From Isoptericola halotolerans (lineage in GTDB: Bacteria; Actinomycetota; Actinomycetes; Actinomycetales; Cellulomonadaceae): a DNA stretch of 64,000 nt. The notes beneath the pieces were generated by a model that worked only from the letters and a program-made list of their open reading frames with translations, was not told the DNA's origin and ran no database searches. Below, in pieces: positions 49,689 through 59,426 of the stretch. The stretch lies in assembly GCF_013149785.1 (NCBI RefSeq), contig NZ_JABEZU010000001.1, forward strand, positions 496,001-560,000, written 5' to 3'. Position numbers and translations under genes: made by a program. Each line of letters opens with the position of its first letter. Position 1 is the first letter of the stretch.

Positions 49689-50755
49689 CCGACACCGCCG
49701 CCGTCGACCCGGCCGCCTATGCCGCCCGCCTGACCACCGCCGACCTCGACGGGACGGTCCCCGAGCTCCTGGACGCGCCCGCGATCCGCTGGGGGGTGCT
49801 CGGCGCGGGCAACATCGCCGCCTCGTTCTCCGACGGGGTGCGCGAGCGCACCGCCGCCCGCGTGACCGCCGTCGGCTCCCGGTCGGTGGACAAGGCCCAG
49901 GCGTTCGCCGACACGCACGCCCCCGGCGCCCGTGCCCACGGCAGCTACGAGGCGCTGGTGACCGACGACGAGGTCGATGCCGTCTACGTCGCCACCCCGC
50001 ACTCGCACCACCTCGAGCACGCGCTGCTGGCGATCGAGGCCGGCAAGCACGTGCTCGTCGAGAAGCCGATCACCCGTTCCGTGTCCGAGTCGCGCACGCT
50101 GCTCGACGCCGCCGAGGCTGCCGGCGTGTTCTGCATGGAGGCCGTGTGGACGCGGTTCCTGCCGCACGTCGCGGCGATCCGCGGCGCGATCGCCCGTGGG
50201 GAGATCGGCGAGGTGCGCACCGTCATCGCGGAGTTCGACGTCGCGTTCGCGTTCGACCCCTCGCACCGGCTCTTCGCCCCGGAGCTCGCCGGCGGCGCGC
50301 TGCTCGACCTGGGCATCTACCCGATCACGTTCGCCCACGACCTCCTCGGGGCGCCGGACACCGTGCTGACGCACGGCACGCTGGCCGAGACGGGCGTCGA
50401 CGACCACGTGAGCATGATCCTCGGGTACGACGGCGGCGCACAGGCGATCCTGCACACCTCCTCGGGGGCGTCGGGCGGGGCCGGGGCGCGCATCATCGGC
50501 ACGCGTGGCCGCATCGAGATCCCGTCGTTCTTCTTCGGGCCCACGGCTTTCGAGGTGGTGCGCGACGACGGCCCCTCGTGGTCGTTCACGTCGCCCGAGG
50601 GGGAGGGCAAGGCCTACGAGGCCGCCGAGGTCGCCCGCTGCCTAGCCGCCGGGCGGACCCAGAGCGGGCGGATGCCGTGGTCCGACACCCTCGAGGTGAT
50701 GGCGGTCCTCGACCAGGTGCGTGCCGAGCTCGGGGTCGTCTACCCGGGCGAGTGA
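49685..50755 (+). CDS. Gfo/Idh/MocA family oxidoreductase
   Basis: WGVLGAGNIA, YVATPHSHH, GKHVLVEKP, GGALLDLGIY. Confidence 0.92.
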   Translation: MTDTAAVDPAAYAARLTTADLDGTVPELLDAPAIRWGVLGAGNIAASFSDGVRERTAARVTAVGSRSVDKAQAFADTHAPGARAHGSYEALVTDDEVDAVYVATPHSHHLEHALLAIEAGKHVLVEKPITRSVSESRTLLDAAEAAGVFCMEAVWTRFLPHVAAIRGAIARGEIGEVRTVIAEFDVAFAFDPSHRLFAPELAGGALLDLGIYPITFAHDLLGAPDTVLTHGTLAETGVDDHVSMILGYDGGAQAILHTSSGASGGAGARIIGTRGRIEIPSFFFGPTAFEVVRDDGPSWSFTSPEGEGKAYEAAEVARCLAAGRTQSGRMPWSDTLEVMAVLDQVRAELGVVYPGE

Positions 50756-50789
50756 CGCGTTCGTCCCTGGACGGTCGGCGGGTCGGCCG

Positions 50790-51188
50790 TCAGCGCGTCA
50801 GCCGGCGTCCCGTGACGGTGGTCGGCGTGATGCGGACCCAGACGTCCTTGCCGTCGTCGAGGTAGGAGACCAGGCCGGTCGCCTCCGCGGCGGCCACGTC
50901 GGCATCGCGGTCGAGGATCTCGGCCGTGCCCTTGACCACCACGCTCGTGGCGACCTCGGGCGTCCACTCGTCGGCCTCGAAAGCGACCCGGGCGTTGACC
51001 GCGACCTCGACGAGCTTGCTGCCGGGGTGCGTCCGGAACACGACGTGCCGCTCGGCGACGGCGAAGGAGATCGGGAAGATGTCCGGCTCGCCGGCCACGG
51101 CGGTGGCGAGGCGCCCCACCGGCCGGTCGCCCAGGAACTCCCAGCACTCGTCGGCGGACAGTGTCGTCGTGGACGCCTTGTCGGTCAT
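50790..51188 (-). CDS. Pyridoxamine 5'-phosphate oxidase-like (split-barrel flavin-binding) protein
   Basis: [10 protein letters not shown]...VGRLA...PDIFP...FRT..GSKL...VAFEAD...SVVVKG...VTGRR. Confidence 0.85.
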   Translation of the reverse strand: MTDKASTTTLSADECWEFLGDRPVGRLATAVAGEPDIFPISFAVAERHVVFRTHPGSKLVEVAVNARVAFEADEWTPEVATSVVVKGTAEILDRDADVAAAEATGLVSYLDDGKDVWVRITPTTVTGRRLTR

Positions 51189-51292
51189 GTGCGTCTCCCC
51201 TCGGGCCGGTGGTGCACCCATCGTCCCACGGGGTGACGCACCGGGGCAGGTCCGGCGCTCGCGTGTGGGCGGCCGCGGCTAAGGTGGCGGCC

Positions 51293-51961
51293 GTGAGCAC
51301 TGCACGGGGGTACTTCGTCTCGTTCGAGGGTGGCGACGGCGTCGGCAAGACGACGCACATCAGCCTGCTCGGTGACTGGTTGGGCGAGGTCACCGGCCGC
51401 GAGGTCGTGCTGACCCGTGAGCCGGGCGGCACCGAGCTGGGGTCGACCCTGCGGCAGGCGGTCCTGCACGGCGAGGACCTCGACCCGCGCACCGAGGCGC
51501 TCCTGTACGCCGCCGACCGCGCGCACCACGTCGCCACGGTGGTGCGGCCGGCCCTGGCCCGGGGTGCCGTGGTCGTCACCGACCGCTACCTGGACTCGTC
51601 GGTCGCGTACCAGGCCGGTGGGCGGGAGCTGGCCGAGCAGGAGATCGAGGACCTGTCCCGGTGGGCCACGGGGAGCCTGCTCCCCGACGTCACGGTGCTG
51701 CTCGACCTCGACCCCGTCGAGGCCGCCGGACGGCTCGGGGGCCCGCCCGACCGCCTGGAGCGCGCCGGCAGCGACTTCCACCGCCGGACCCGGGAGGCGT
51801 TCCTGCGGCGGGCCGCGGCGGACCCGGACCGCTGGATCGTCATGGACGCCTCCGCACCCCGTGAGGACGTGCAGGCCCAGATCCGGGTCGACGTCGCAGC
51901 GCGCCTGGGTCTCACGCCGGCGGTCCCGGCGCACCACCCGGCCGAGAGGGAGTCACCGTGA
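51293..51961 (+). CDS. tmk: Thymidylate kinase
   Basis: [37 protein letters not shown]. Confidence 0.96.
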   Translation: MSTARGYFVSFEGGDGVGKTTHISLLGDWLGEVTGREVVLTREPGGTELGSTLRQAVLHGEDLDPRTEALLYAADRAHHVATVVRPALARGAVVVTDRYLDSSVAYQAGGRELAEQEIEDLSRWATGSLLPDVTVLLDLDPVEAAGRLGGPPDRLERAGSDFHRRTREAFLRRAAADPDRWIVMDASAPREDVQAQIRVDVAARLGLTPAVPAHHPAERESP

Positions 51962-53106
51962 GCGTGTGGGACGACGTCGTCGGGCAGCCGGAGGCCGTGC
52001 GCGTCCTGCAGGCCGCGGCCACCGACCCGGCCGCCATGACGCACGCCTGGCTCGTGACCGGACCGCCCGGGTCCGGGCGGTCCGTCGCGGCCCGGGCGTT
52101 CGCCGCCGCGCTGCAGTGCGCGGCCACGGACGAGGTCCCCGGCTGCGGGCGCTGCCAGGCCTGCACCACCACGCTGGCCGGGACGCACCCGGACCTCACC
52201 GTCGTGGCCACGGAGAAGGTGGTCATCACCATCGACGAGGTCCGCGACCTCATCACGAAGGCCTCTCGGTCCCCGTCCGGGGGCCGGTACCGGGTCATCG
52301 TCATCGAGGACGCCGACCGGATGGCCGAACGCACCACCAACGTGCTCCTCAAGTCGATCGAGGAACCGCCCCCGCACACGGTGTGGGTCCTGTGCGCCCC
52401 GAGCATCCAGGACGTGCTGCCCACCATCCGCTCCCGCTGCCGTGCGGTCGTCCTCCGGGTGCCGCCCGCCCAGGACGTCGCGGACCTGCTCGTCCGCCGT
52501 GACGGCGTCGAGCCCGGGCTCGCCCTCGACGCGGCGCGGGCAGCGCAGTCGCACGTCGGCCTCGCCCGTCGTCTCGCCCGCGACCCCGAGGCGCGCGAAC
52601 GCCGCAGCGCCGTCCTCGAGGTCGCCCGGAGGATCCGCGGCGTGCCGGACGCCGTGCTCGCCGCGGCGGAGCTCGTGGACGTCGCCAAGGCGGAGGCGGC
52701 GGCCGCCACGGTCGAACGGGACGCGACCGAGAAGGCCGAGCTGCTGCGGGCCCTCGGTGTCGGCGACGGGGACACGCTGCCGCCCAAGCTGCGCTCGCAG
52801 CTCAAGCAGCTCGAGGACGACCAGAAGCGACGCGCCACCCGGCGCCAGCGGGACGTGCTCGACCGCGCGATGGTCGACCTGCTCTCGCTCTACCGGGACG
52901 TCCTGGTGGTCCAGCTCGGCGCCGAGGTGGAGCTGGTCAACACCGCGCACGCCGATGTCGTGAGGTCGTTGGCCCGCGACGCCACGCCCGAGCAGACCGT
53001 GCGCCGGATGGACGCGATCGGCCAGGCGCGCGAGCGGCTCGAGGGCAACGTCGCGCCGCTGCTGGCGCTCGAGGCGATGACCGTGGCGCTGCGTCCGCAG
53101 GGCTGA
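51958..53106 (+). CDS. holB: DNA polymerase III subunit delta'
   Basis: [38 protein letters not shown]; coupled to tmk. Confidence 0.95.
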   Translation: MSVWDDVVGQPEAVRVLQAAATDPAAMTHAWLVTGPPGSGRSVAARAFAAALQCAATDEVPGCGRCQACTTTLAGTHPDLTVVATEKVVITIDEVRDLITKASRSPSGGRYRVIVIEDADRMAERTTNVLLKSIEEPPPHTVWVLCAPSIQDVLPTIRSRCRAVVLRVPPAQDVADLLVRRDGVEPGLALDAARAAQSHVGLARRLARDPEARERRSAVLEVARRIRGVPDAVLAAAELVDVAKAEAAAATVERDATEKAELLRALGVGDGDTLPPKLRSQLKQLEDDQKRRATRRQRDVLDRAMVDLLSLYRDVLVVQLGAEVELVNTAHADVVRSLARDATPEQTVRRMDAIGQARERLEGNVAPLLALEAMTVALRPQG

Positions 53107-53219
53107 GCCGCGCCCCGATCAGAGCCCGATGTCAAGAGGGGCCTTGCGTTTTCACCCGCTTTGCTCTGTGATCGTCCGTGGCGTTCCATCCGGGCACGCC
53201 ACCGACGATGAGGATGATG

Positions 53220-54917
53220 ATGCGGATCCTGCTGCTGGTCTCGGCGTTCAACGGTCTGACACAGCGCGCCTGGTGCGCGCTCACCGACGCCGGTCACGAC
53301 GTCGGCGTGGAGATCGCGCCGGCGTTCGACACCCCGGAGGCGCTGACCGCGGCCGTGGCGGAGGCGGACCCGGACCTCATCCTGTGCCCGTTCCTCAAGC
53401 ACCGGGTGCCCGAGGAGGTCTGGGGCCGCTGGACCACGGTCGTCGTCCACCCCGGACCGGTCGGTGACCGCGGGCCCTCCTCGCTGGACCACGCCATCCT
53501 GACCCGTCAGGAGCGATGGGGGGTCACCGCCCTGTCCACCGTGGAGGAGATGGACGCCGGGCCGGTGTGGGCGACGTCGACGTTCCCCCTGCCGGACGTC
53601 CCGGTGGCCAAGAGCGCGCTCTACAACGGTCCGGTGGCCGACGCCGCGATGGCCTGCGTCACCGAGGTGGTGCGGATGGTCGCCGCCGGCGAGGAGCCGG
53701 TGCCGGCCGACGACCTGCCCCGCGACGTCCCGGGGACGGGCGAGCTGCCGCTGCTGCGCCGGCCCGCGTTCGCGGTCGACTGGTCGCTGCCCGTCGAGGA
53801 GCTGGCGCGCCGGGTCGCGGCCGCCGACGGCGCCCCGGGGGCACCGGCCGAGATCGCCGGCGAGCGGTACTGCCTCTTCGACGCGGTCGCGACGCCGGAG
53901 GTGCTGGACCCGCAGGCCGCACCGGGCGCCGTCGTCGGCCGCGACGTCGACGCGGTCGCGCTCGCTGCCACCGACGGCACCCTCTGGGTCGGCTACGCGG
54001 CCACGCTCGGCGAGCGGCGCGGCACCAAGCTGCCCGCCCGCAGCGTGCTGGACCCGCACACGGCATCGCCACGACACGACGCACCCGGCGAGCTGGCCGA
54101 GTGCCGCTACGAGCGCGACGGCGACGTCGGCATCCTGACGTTCCGCTCCTACAACGGGGCGATGCACACCGAGCAGTGCCGGCGCCTCACCGCCGCGGTG
54201 CAGGCCGCCCGCCTGGACGACACCGCCGTGCTCGTGCTGCGTGGCACCGACAGCCTGTTCTCCAACGGCATCCACCTCGGTGTCATCGACGCCGCGCAGA
54301 ACCCGGCCACCGAGGCCTGGGCGAACATCCAGGCCATCGACGACCTGTGCGAGGCCATCGCCACGGCGGACCAGCTCACCGTGGCGGCCTTCACCGCCAG
54401 CGCCGGAGCCGGCGGCGTCATGACCGCCCTGTGCGCCGACGTCGTGCTCTCCCGCGACGGGGTGGTGCTCAACCCCTACTACGACATGGGGATCTACGGA
54501 TCCGAGCTGCACACCTGGTCCGTCGAGGCGCGTGTCGGGCAGGAGGTGGCGGACCAGCTCCTCACGGGCTGCCTGCCCGTCTCGGCGCCCCGGGCCGCCG
54601 ACCTCGGACTGATCGACGGCGTCGGCCCCCGCGACGCGGGCGAGTTCGACGCCTGGCTCGCCCAGCGGGCGGCCGAGCTCGTGAGGCCGACCGAGCGGGC
54701 GACGGCGGAGCAGGCGGCACGACGCCGGGCCCCCGCGCGGCCGCTGTCCTACCACCGCACCATCGAGCTGGCGGAGATGGCCCGCGACCTCTTCGACGAC
54801 CGGCACGGCTTCGCAGCCCGCCGGCGCGGCTTCCTGCGCAAGACGGCGGCGGCCGAGACGCCCGCACGGCTGCGCTTCACGACGAGGTCGACGGCGGCGC
54901 TCGCGGAGGTTCGGTGA
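53220..54917 (+). CDS. hypX: HypX/HoxX-like protein (formyltransferase + crotonase-fold domains)
   Basis: MRILLLVSAFNGLTQR, CPFLK, HPGPVGDRGPSSLD, EMDAGPVW, YNGAM, FSNGIHL, AGAGG, NPYYDMGIYGSE. Several alternative ATGs at 53208-53220. Confidence 0.82.
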   Translation: MRILLLVSAFNGLTQRAWCALTDAGHDVGVEIAPAFDTPEALTAAVAEADPDLILCPFLKHRVPEEVWGRWTTVVVHPGPVGDRGPSSLDHAILTRQERWGVTALSTVEEMDAGPVWATSTFPLPDVPVAKSALYNGPVADAAMACVTEVVRMVAAGEEPVPADDLPRDVPGTGELPLLRRPAFAVDWSLPVEELARRVAAADGAPGAPAEIAGERYCLFDAVATPEVLDPQAAPGAVVGRDVDAVALAATDGTLWVGYAATLGERRGTKLPARSVLDPHTASPRHDAPGELAECRYERDGDVGILTFRSYNGAMHTEQCRRLTAAVQAARLDDTAVLVLRGTDSLFSNGIHLGVIDAAQNPATEAWANIQAIDDLCEAIATADQLTVAAFTASAGAGGVMTALCADVVLSRDGVVLNPYYDMGIYGSELHTWSVEARVGQEVADQLLTGCLPVSAPRAADLGLIDGVGPRDAGEFDAWLAQRAAELVRPTERATAEQAARRRAPARPLSYHRTIELAEMARDLFDDRHGFAARRRGFLRKTAAAETPARLRFTTRSTAALAEVR

Positions 54918-54958
54918 ACGGCGGCAGGATGCCTGGCCCGGCCGGTAGGTTGGGCTCC

Positions 54959-56509
54959 GTGATCTCCGCCCGCCGCCGCTCGTCCGTCGTCCGCTCCCCC
55001 GTCCTGGCGGCGTCGCTCGCCGTCCTCCTCGTGGCCACCGGGTGCACGGCGGGCGCCCCGGGCAAGGACCAGTCGCCTGCCGGGGAGGGGACGGCACCGG
55101 TGGATGCCGGAGCCCCCGAGGGCTTCGAGTCGTTCTACGGCCAGGACGTCGTGTGGACCGAGTGCCGGTCCGACTTCGAGTGCGCCACCGTCGCGGCACC
55201 GCTGTCCTGGAGCGACCCCGACGCCGGGGAGATCGAGCTCGAGCTCATGCGGACCCGCGCGACCGGGGACAAGATCGGCTCGCTCCTGGTGAACCCGGGG
55301 GGTCCGGGCGGGTCCGGGATCAGCTACCTCGAGGCGGCCGCCGGAAGCCTCGGGGAGCGCGTGCGCGAGTCGTACGACGTCGTGGGTTTCGACCCGCGGG
55401 GTGTGCGCAGCTCGACCGAGGTGGCCTGCTACGACGACGCCGCGAAGGACGAGTACCTCAGCGAGGACGCCGACCTGTCGACCGACGAGGGCCTGGAGGC
55501 GGCCGGCGAGTCGAGCGCCGCGTGGGCCGAGGCCTGCGCCGAGAACACCGGCGAGCTGCTCGGCAACGTCGACACCCAGAGCGCGGCCAAGGACATGGAC
55601 ATGCTCCGTGCCGCGCTCGGTGACGACGAGCTGCACTACCTCGGCTTCTCCTACGGCACCAGCCTGGGGGCCACCTACGCCGGGCTCTTCCCCGACCGTG
55701 CGGGGCGACTGGTGCTGGACGGCGCCATCGACCCCCGGATCGACTCGGCCGAGATGTCTGCCGGGCAGGCGGTCGGGTTCGAGAACGCGCTGCGGGCCTA
55801 CGTGGGCGACTGTCAGGCCGGGCCCGACTGCCCGTTGTCGGGGTCGGTGGACGACGGGATGCAGCAGGTGCGCACCGTGCTCGACCAGGCGTACGACCGC
55901 CCGTACCCCACCGACGGCGACCGGGTCGTGACCCAGACCCTGGCGTTCTACGGGATCGCCGTCACGCTCTACGACGAGCAGAGCTGGTCGCTGCTCAGCC
56001 AGGCGCTGGACGAGGCCATCAACAGCGGGACGGGGTCCACGTTGCTGTTCCTCGCCGACTTCTACAACGACCGGAACGCCGACGGGTCCTTCGCCACGAA
56101 CTCCACCGAGGCCTTCACCGCGATCAACTGCCTGGACTACCGCAGCTCCGACGACGTCGACGTGATGCGGGAGGAGGCTGCCGCGATCGAGGAGCAGGCG
56201 CCGACCATGGGGTCGTTCTTCGGCTACGGCGGCCTGACGTGCGCCGCCTGGCCCTACCCGCTGGCGGAGCGCGAGTACGACCTGGCCGCGCCCGGTGCGG
56301 CGCCCATCGTCGTCATCGGCACCACCAACGACCCGGCCACGCCGTACGTGTGGTCCGAGGGCATGGCCGAGGCGCTCGACTCCGGCGTGCTGGTGACCTA
56401 CGAGGGCGAGGGGCACACCGCTTACGGCCGCTCGAACGACTGCATCATGGACGCCGTGGACGACTTCCTCGTCGACGGGACCGTGCCCGAGGACGGCCTC
56501 ACCTGCTGA
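54959..56509 (+). CDS. Secreted/lipoprotein alpha/beta hydrolase (TAP-like peptidase)
   Basis: Lipobox-like ATGC; NPGGPGGSG, FDPRGV, GFSYG, DPATPY, GEGH; TAGGTT 7 nt before the GTG. Confidence 0.9.
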   Translation: MISARRRSSVVRSPVLAASLAVLLVATGCTAGAPGKDQSPAGEGTAPVDAGAPEGFESFYGQDVVWTECRSDFECATVAAPLSWSDPDAGEIELELMRTRATGDKIGSLLVNPGGPGGSGISYLEAAAGSLGERVRESYDVVGFDPRGVRSSTEVACYDDAAKDEYLSEDADLSTDEGLEAAGESSAAWAEACAENTGELLGNVDTQSAAKDMDMLRAALGDDELHYLGFSYGTSLGATYAGLFPDRAGRLVLDGAIDPRIDSAEMSAGQAVGFENALRAYVGDCQAGPDCPLSGSVDDGMQQVRTVLDQAYDRPYPTDGDRVVTQTLAFYGIAVTLYDEQSWSLLSQALDEAINSGTGSTLLFLADFYNDRNADGSFATNSTEAFTAINCLDYRSSDDVDVMREEAAAIEEQAPTMGSFFGYGGLTCAAWPYPLAEREYDLAAPGAAPIVVIGTTNDPATPYVWSEGMAEALDSGVLVTYEGEGHTAYGRSNDCIMDAVDDFLVDGTVPEDGLTC

Positions 56510-56652
56510 CCTGAGGCGCGGGGGACCGGCCGTGCGCCGCTGTGATCGACGCGACGGCGCCGGGCCCGGGATCCTTTTGGAGTCCGGGCCCGCGGTCGGG
56601 TACTGTGGGCGCGCCCGCTGATCGAGGTCCTGCCTCGGTCGCGCTCGGGCAC

Positions 56653-56725
56653 GCCGCCTTAGCTCAGTCGGTAGAGCGGTTCACTCGTAATGAACAGGTC
56701 GTCGGTTCGATTCCGACAGGCGGCT
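56653..56725 (+). tRNA. tRNA-Thr (anticodon CGT)
   Basis: Acceptor stem GCCGCCT/AGGCGGC, D-arm AGCTCAGTCGGTAGAGC, anticodon arm GTTCA-CTCGTAA-TGAAC, T-loop GGTTCGATTCC. Confidence 0.97.
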
Positions 56726-56736
56726 CACCAGGCGTC

Positions 56737-56765
56737 AGGCCCGGAACCTCAACGGTTCCGGGCCT
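56737..56765 (+). terminator. Hairpin terminator after tRNA-Thr
   Basis: AGGCCCGGAACC-tcaac-GGTTCCGGGCCT followed by TCGCATTT. Confidence 0.75.
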
Positions 56766-56890
56766 TCGCATTTCCCTCCCGGGTTGGCGCCGCGTGAGGT
56801 TCAATCCGGCCAAGTGTCCGGCCAACTCGCGTCAGCCTCGATCTGGCGCTGCGCCTCGCCAGCAAGCGAGTCACGCACGAGCACGCCGTC

Positions 56891-57040
56891 ACGCTGGCGC
56901 ACGTTGGCACGATTCTGACGAACCGAGACCTGCCCGCGATCCAAGCCAGCCCGGAGCGGTTGTGGAGGATCGAACGAGTCAGGCTCGAGGAGCAGATCGA
57001 GCAGGAGTGCGCCGCCACGAGGGCCGCCGTTGAGAGCCGT
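56891..57040 (+). pseudogene. Remnant of an excisionase-family (HTH_17-like) DNA-binding protein
   Basis: Manual translation TLAHVGTILTNRDLPAIQASPERLWRIERVRLEEQIEQECAATRAAVES; no upstream start; helix-turn-helix core looks shortened. Confidence 0.55.
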
Positions 57041-57060
57041 GACAGGGCGCCCGGCCGCGG

Positions 57061-57903
57061 CTACGGCGTCACGAACCACACCTCATCTTCAGAGGTCGGA
57101 TCGTCTTCAAGCACCTGAGCATCTATCGCCAGTGCAGCACTGACATCCCGTGCGACTTCCGGGGAGGATGCCATAGTCACTGAGAGGCGGTTGACCATCT
57201 CGTCCGCGCCGCCCGTCAGGGCGAACGCTCGCTCGAGAATGGCTCGAACCTGCTCATGGTCCGGGCGGCGGGTGACGGCGCCTTCGAGGGTGCGCCGCTG
57301 GTATGCCGCACGCTCGGCACGAAGCCTTGCTTCCTCAACGGTGGCGTTCGCTTCGGCTACGCGCGCTTCGTTCTCGGCACGTCGGGCTTCATGCTCCGAC
57401 CGGTTCGCCCACCACCAGCGCCCGGGATCGACGATCGCCCGCATCATCGCGCGCAAGGTTTCGGCAAGTGGGCCGCTCTCCAACTTGATCGAGATGGCGC
57501 TTCCGTAGTGGATCGTCCGCACTGCTAGTACGTTCTGGGCCGCTGCGGCGACCAGCCAGCTGACCGGGATTGCGCGAGGAGCGGCGTTCGCCTCCTGCAG
57601 AAGCAAGGAGAGTCGAGCCTCGTCCAACCCGGATGCGGCACCGTACTCAAGTGCCGCCCGCTCGCGGCTGGCCAACCTGGACGCGACAACATCCAGCTCG
57701 GGCGAGGTGCCTAGTGGCAGTTGTCCAGATCCGGTTCGGCGGTCGGATTCTGGCCACTGGATTCCATAGAGGCCGACCTCAGAGGCGAGTACAAGCTGCC
57801 CGGCGGCCAGCACAGCTGCAGTGTTCACCAGGGCGGTTGGGATGTAGGTTGCCGCGGCGGCCGAGAGCCCCGCGGGTGCAGGCACTTCGACCGTGAAGCT
57901 CAT
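57061..57903 (-). CDS. Hypothetical protein with coiled-coil segment (islet cargo)
   Basis: 280-aa ORF with atypical codon usage; TAGCAT 7 nt before ATG 57903; E/A/R-rich helical stretch. Confidence 0.6.
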   Translation of the reverse strand: MSFTVEVPAPAGLSAAAATYIPTALVNTAAVLAAGQLVLASEVGLYGIQWPESDRRTGSGQLPLGTSPELDVVASRLASRERAALEYGAASGLDEARLSLLLQEANAAPRAIPVSWLVAAAAQNVLAVRTIHYGSAISIKLESGPLAETLRAMMRAIVDPGRWWWANRSEHEARRAENEARVAEANATVEEARLRAERAAYQRRTLEGAVTRRPDHEQVRAILERAFALTGGADEMVNRLSVTMASSPEVARDVSAALAIDAQVLEDDPTSEDEVWFVTP

Positions 57904-58143
57904 GCTCGGAATGCTAGGGAGGTGCCCCATGACGGCGGTAGTGCTTCTACGGGTGAACTCGCGGTTCGTGCTGCTTCCGCCCGAGTGAGGCTTCCCGAAG
58001 TCGAACCCGGTTCAGCCAGGTGGGATGGCGGTCCGGCCGCGCTCGTCGCCGTGCGGCCCATCATGCCCGCGCGGGCCTACCTGCTACGTCGGTGGCAGGT
58101 GAGATCCTCCGCCCGACAGGCCCACTAGGCGACAGGAGGACGG

Positions 58144-58896
58144 ATGCTGGATGCGATGAGGTCGATCCCGGAGACGCTCAAGAACTGGAGCGAGAGTCGA
58201 GACTTGGTCTATGGCGTCGTAGCGAGCATCGCAGCATTTCTTGTAGTGATCGCGGTCACGACCGGCTCGCGCCCTACTGACTCACTCGCAGTGGTAGCCC
58301 ACGGGTTCGGGTTGTCGTCGCTCTCTGAGTGGCTGACAGAAACCGCACCGCCGTTCGTCGCTGCGCGAGCCCCGGGCGTGCATGAGGTGTTGCTGGTCGC
58401 TACCTCCCTTCTGTTCACGTTCATGATTTTCGTGCCGTTGCTTCGTAACCTTCACGCGGACAGCAACGTATTCACCGAGTCGTGTCTTCGCCTCATTGGG
58501 TCGCCAGCGGCCGCGACGGTCTGGGTGTTGCTGGCCGTCGCCGCGCAGCACGGTGACATCACTCCCATGCTGGCCCGTTGGGCGCAGGCCAGCTTTGCGA
58601 TCCTCCTGTCACTGATCGGGGGACTTTTCGCGGCAGGGATCCTTTACCTCCTCGCCCATAGGAGGGAGTCCGAAGTGGTGCGTGTGTTGAGGTGGCCAGC
58701 AGTGGTGATGTGGCGCGCTTGCTACGGCGGCCTGCTGGCGTTCCTAGCCGTCATGTTCGCGGCCATCGCCCTGCCGCTGTCATTTCTTGGGTGGTTCGCT
58801 GACCTCGAGTCAGATCACAGCCGCAAGGCCCGTGCTGCGAGAGCCAAGGAGCGAGCCGCACACGGATCCAGACCCACTGGGGCGAGCGCAACTTGA
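58144..58896 (+). CDS. Hypothetical multi-pass membrane protein (islet cargo)
   Basis: RBS AGGAGG; 250 aa with about five hydrophobic segments; atypical codon usage. Confidence 0.65.
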   Translation: MLDAMRSIPETLKNWSESRDLVYGVVASIAAFLVVIAVTTGSRPTDSLAVVAHGFGLSSLSEWLTETAPPFVAARAPGVHEVLLVATSLLFTFMIFVPLLRNLHADSNVFTESCLRLIGSPAAATVWVLLAVAAQHGDITPMLARWAQASFAILLSLIGGLFAAGILYLLAHRRESEVVRVLRWPAVVMWRACYGGLLAFLAVMFAAIALPLSFLGWFADLESDHSRKARAARAKERAAHGSRPTGASAT

Positions 58897-58941
58897 CCGC
58901 TCCTGGCAGCGATGCCGCAGTGGCGGGTATGGACCACGTCG

Positions 58942-59307
58942 TCAGCCGCGCGGGTGCGAGCTCGTGCGCTGGTACCGCTCCGGCGGGGAGGGTTCGGCGG
59001 CGGTCTGCGGGGTCGCCTTGCCGCCTCGGCGGGTCCCGTCGGGCGCGGACCCGGCGTCGGGGTCGCCGCCCGAGGGCTCGGCGCCGGCACGCAGCTCTTC
59101 GAGGCGTTGCTCGAGGACGGTCAGGACGGGAACACGGCGGCCGTGCGCCCGTTCGTAGGCGATCACCTTCTCCAGCCCGTCGGCGTCGAGCTGGCGCACC
59201 CGGTGGGCGAGCGTCCCCACGGGGAGGTGGTCGTAGTCCGGCAGCGGCAGGTCGTCGCGGTCCGGCGCGGTGTTCTCGTGGGCCTGGTCATCGGTCCGGT
59301 GGGTCAT
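58942..59307 (-). CDS. Small conserved-looking actinobacterial hypothetical protein
   Basis: RBS GGAGG; LPLPDYDHL...YERAHGRRVPVL..LEQRL motif. Confidence 0.7.
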   Translation of the reverse strand: MTHRTDDQAHENTAPDRDDLPLPDYDHLPVGTLAHRVRQLDADGLEKVIAYERAHGRRVPVLTVLEQRLEELRAGAEPSGGDPDAGSAPDGTRRGGKATPQTAAEPSPPERYQRTSSHPRG

Positions 59308-59426
59308 CGTGTCCTCCCTCGCGCTGGCGGTGGTGGGCCCCACGACCGTAGGCACGCTGCGGGTCTTCACGCATCCGCGGTCCGTCCGGCCGCGGGGGCG
59401 TCTCGCGCGCCGGTACCCTCGTGGGC

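Larger units (their letters stand above)
56770..58900. mobile_element. Degenerate tRNA-anchored genomic islet, no integrase
   Basis: Visibly more A/T-rich, with A/T-ending codons; follows the tRNA; short direct repeats and an excisionase-like remnant. Right boundary approximate. Confidence 0.6.

Noticed and set aside
53516..56509. 997-aa ORF as a HypX-hydrolase fusion
   Set aside because: Its first half is an alternative frame over hypX; the hydrolase has its own -10-like box, start codon and signal peptide at 54959
58113..58121. CCGACAGGC as an attR copy of the tRNA 3' end
   Set aside because: Only 9 bp in GC-rich DNA, and atypical composition continues beyond it; not distinguishable from chance
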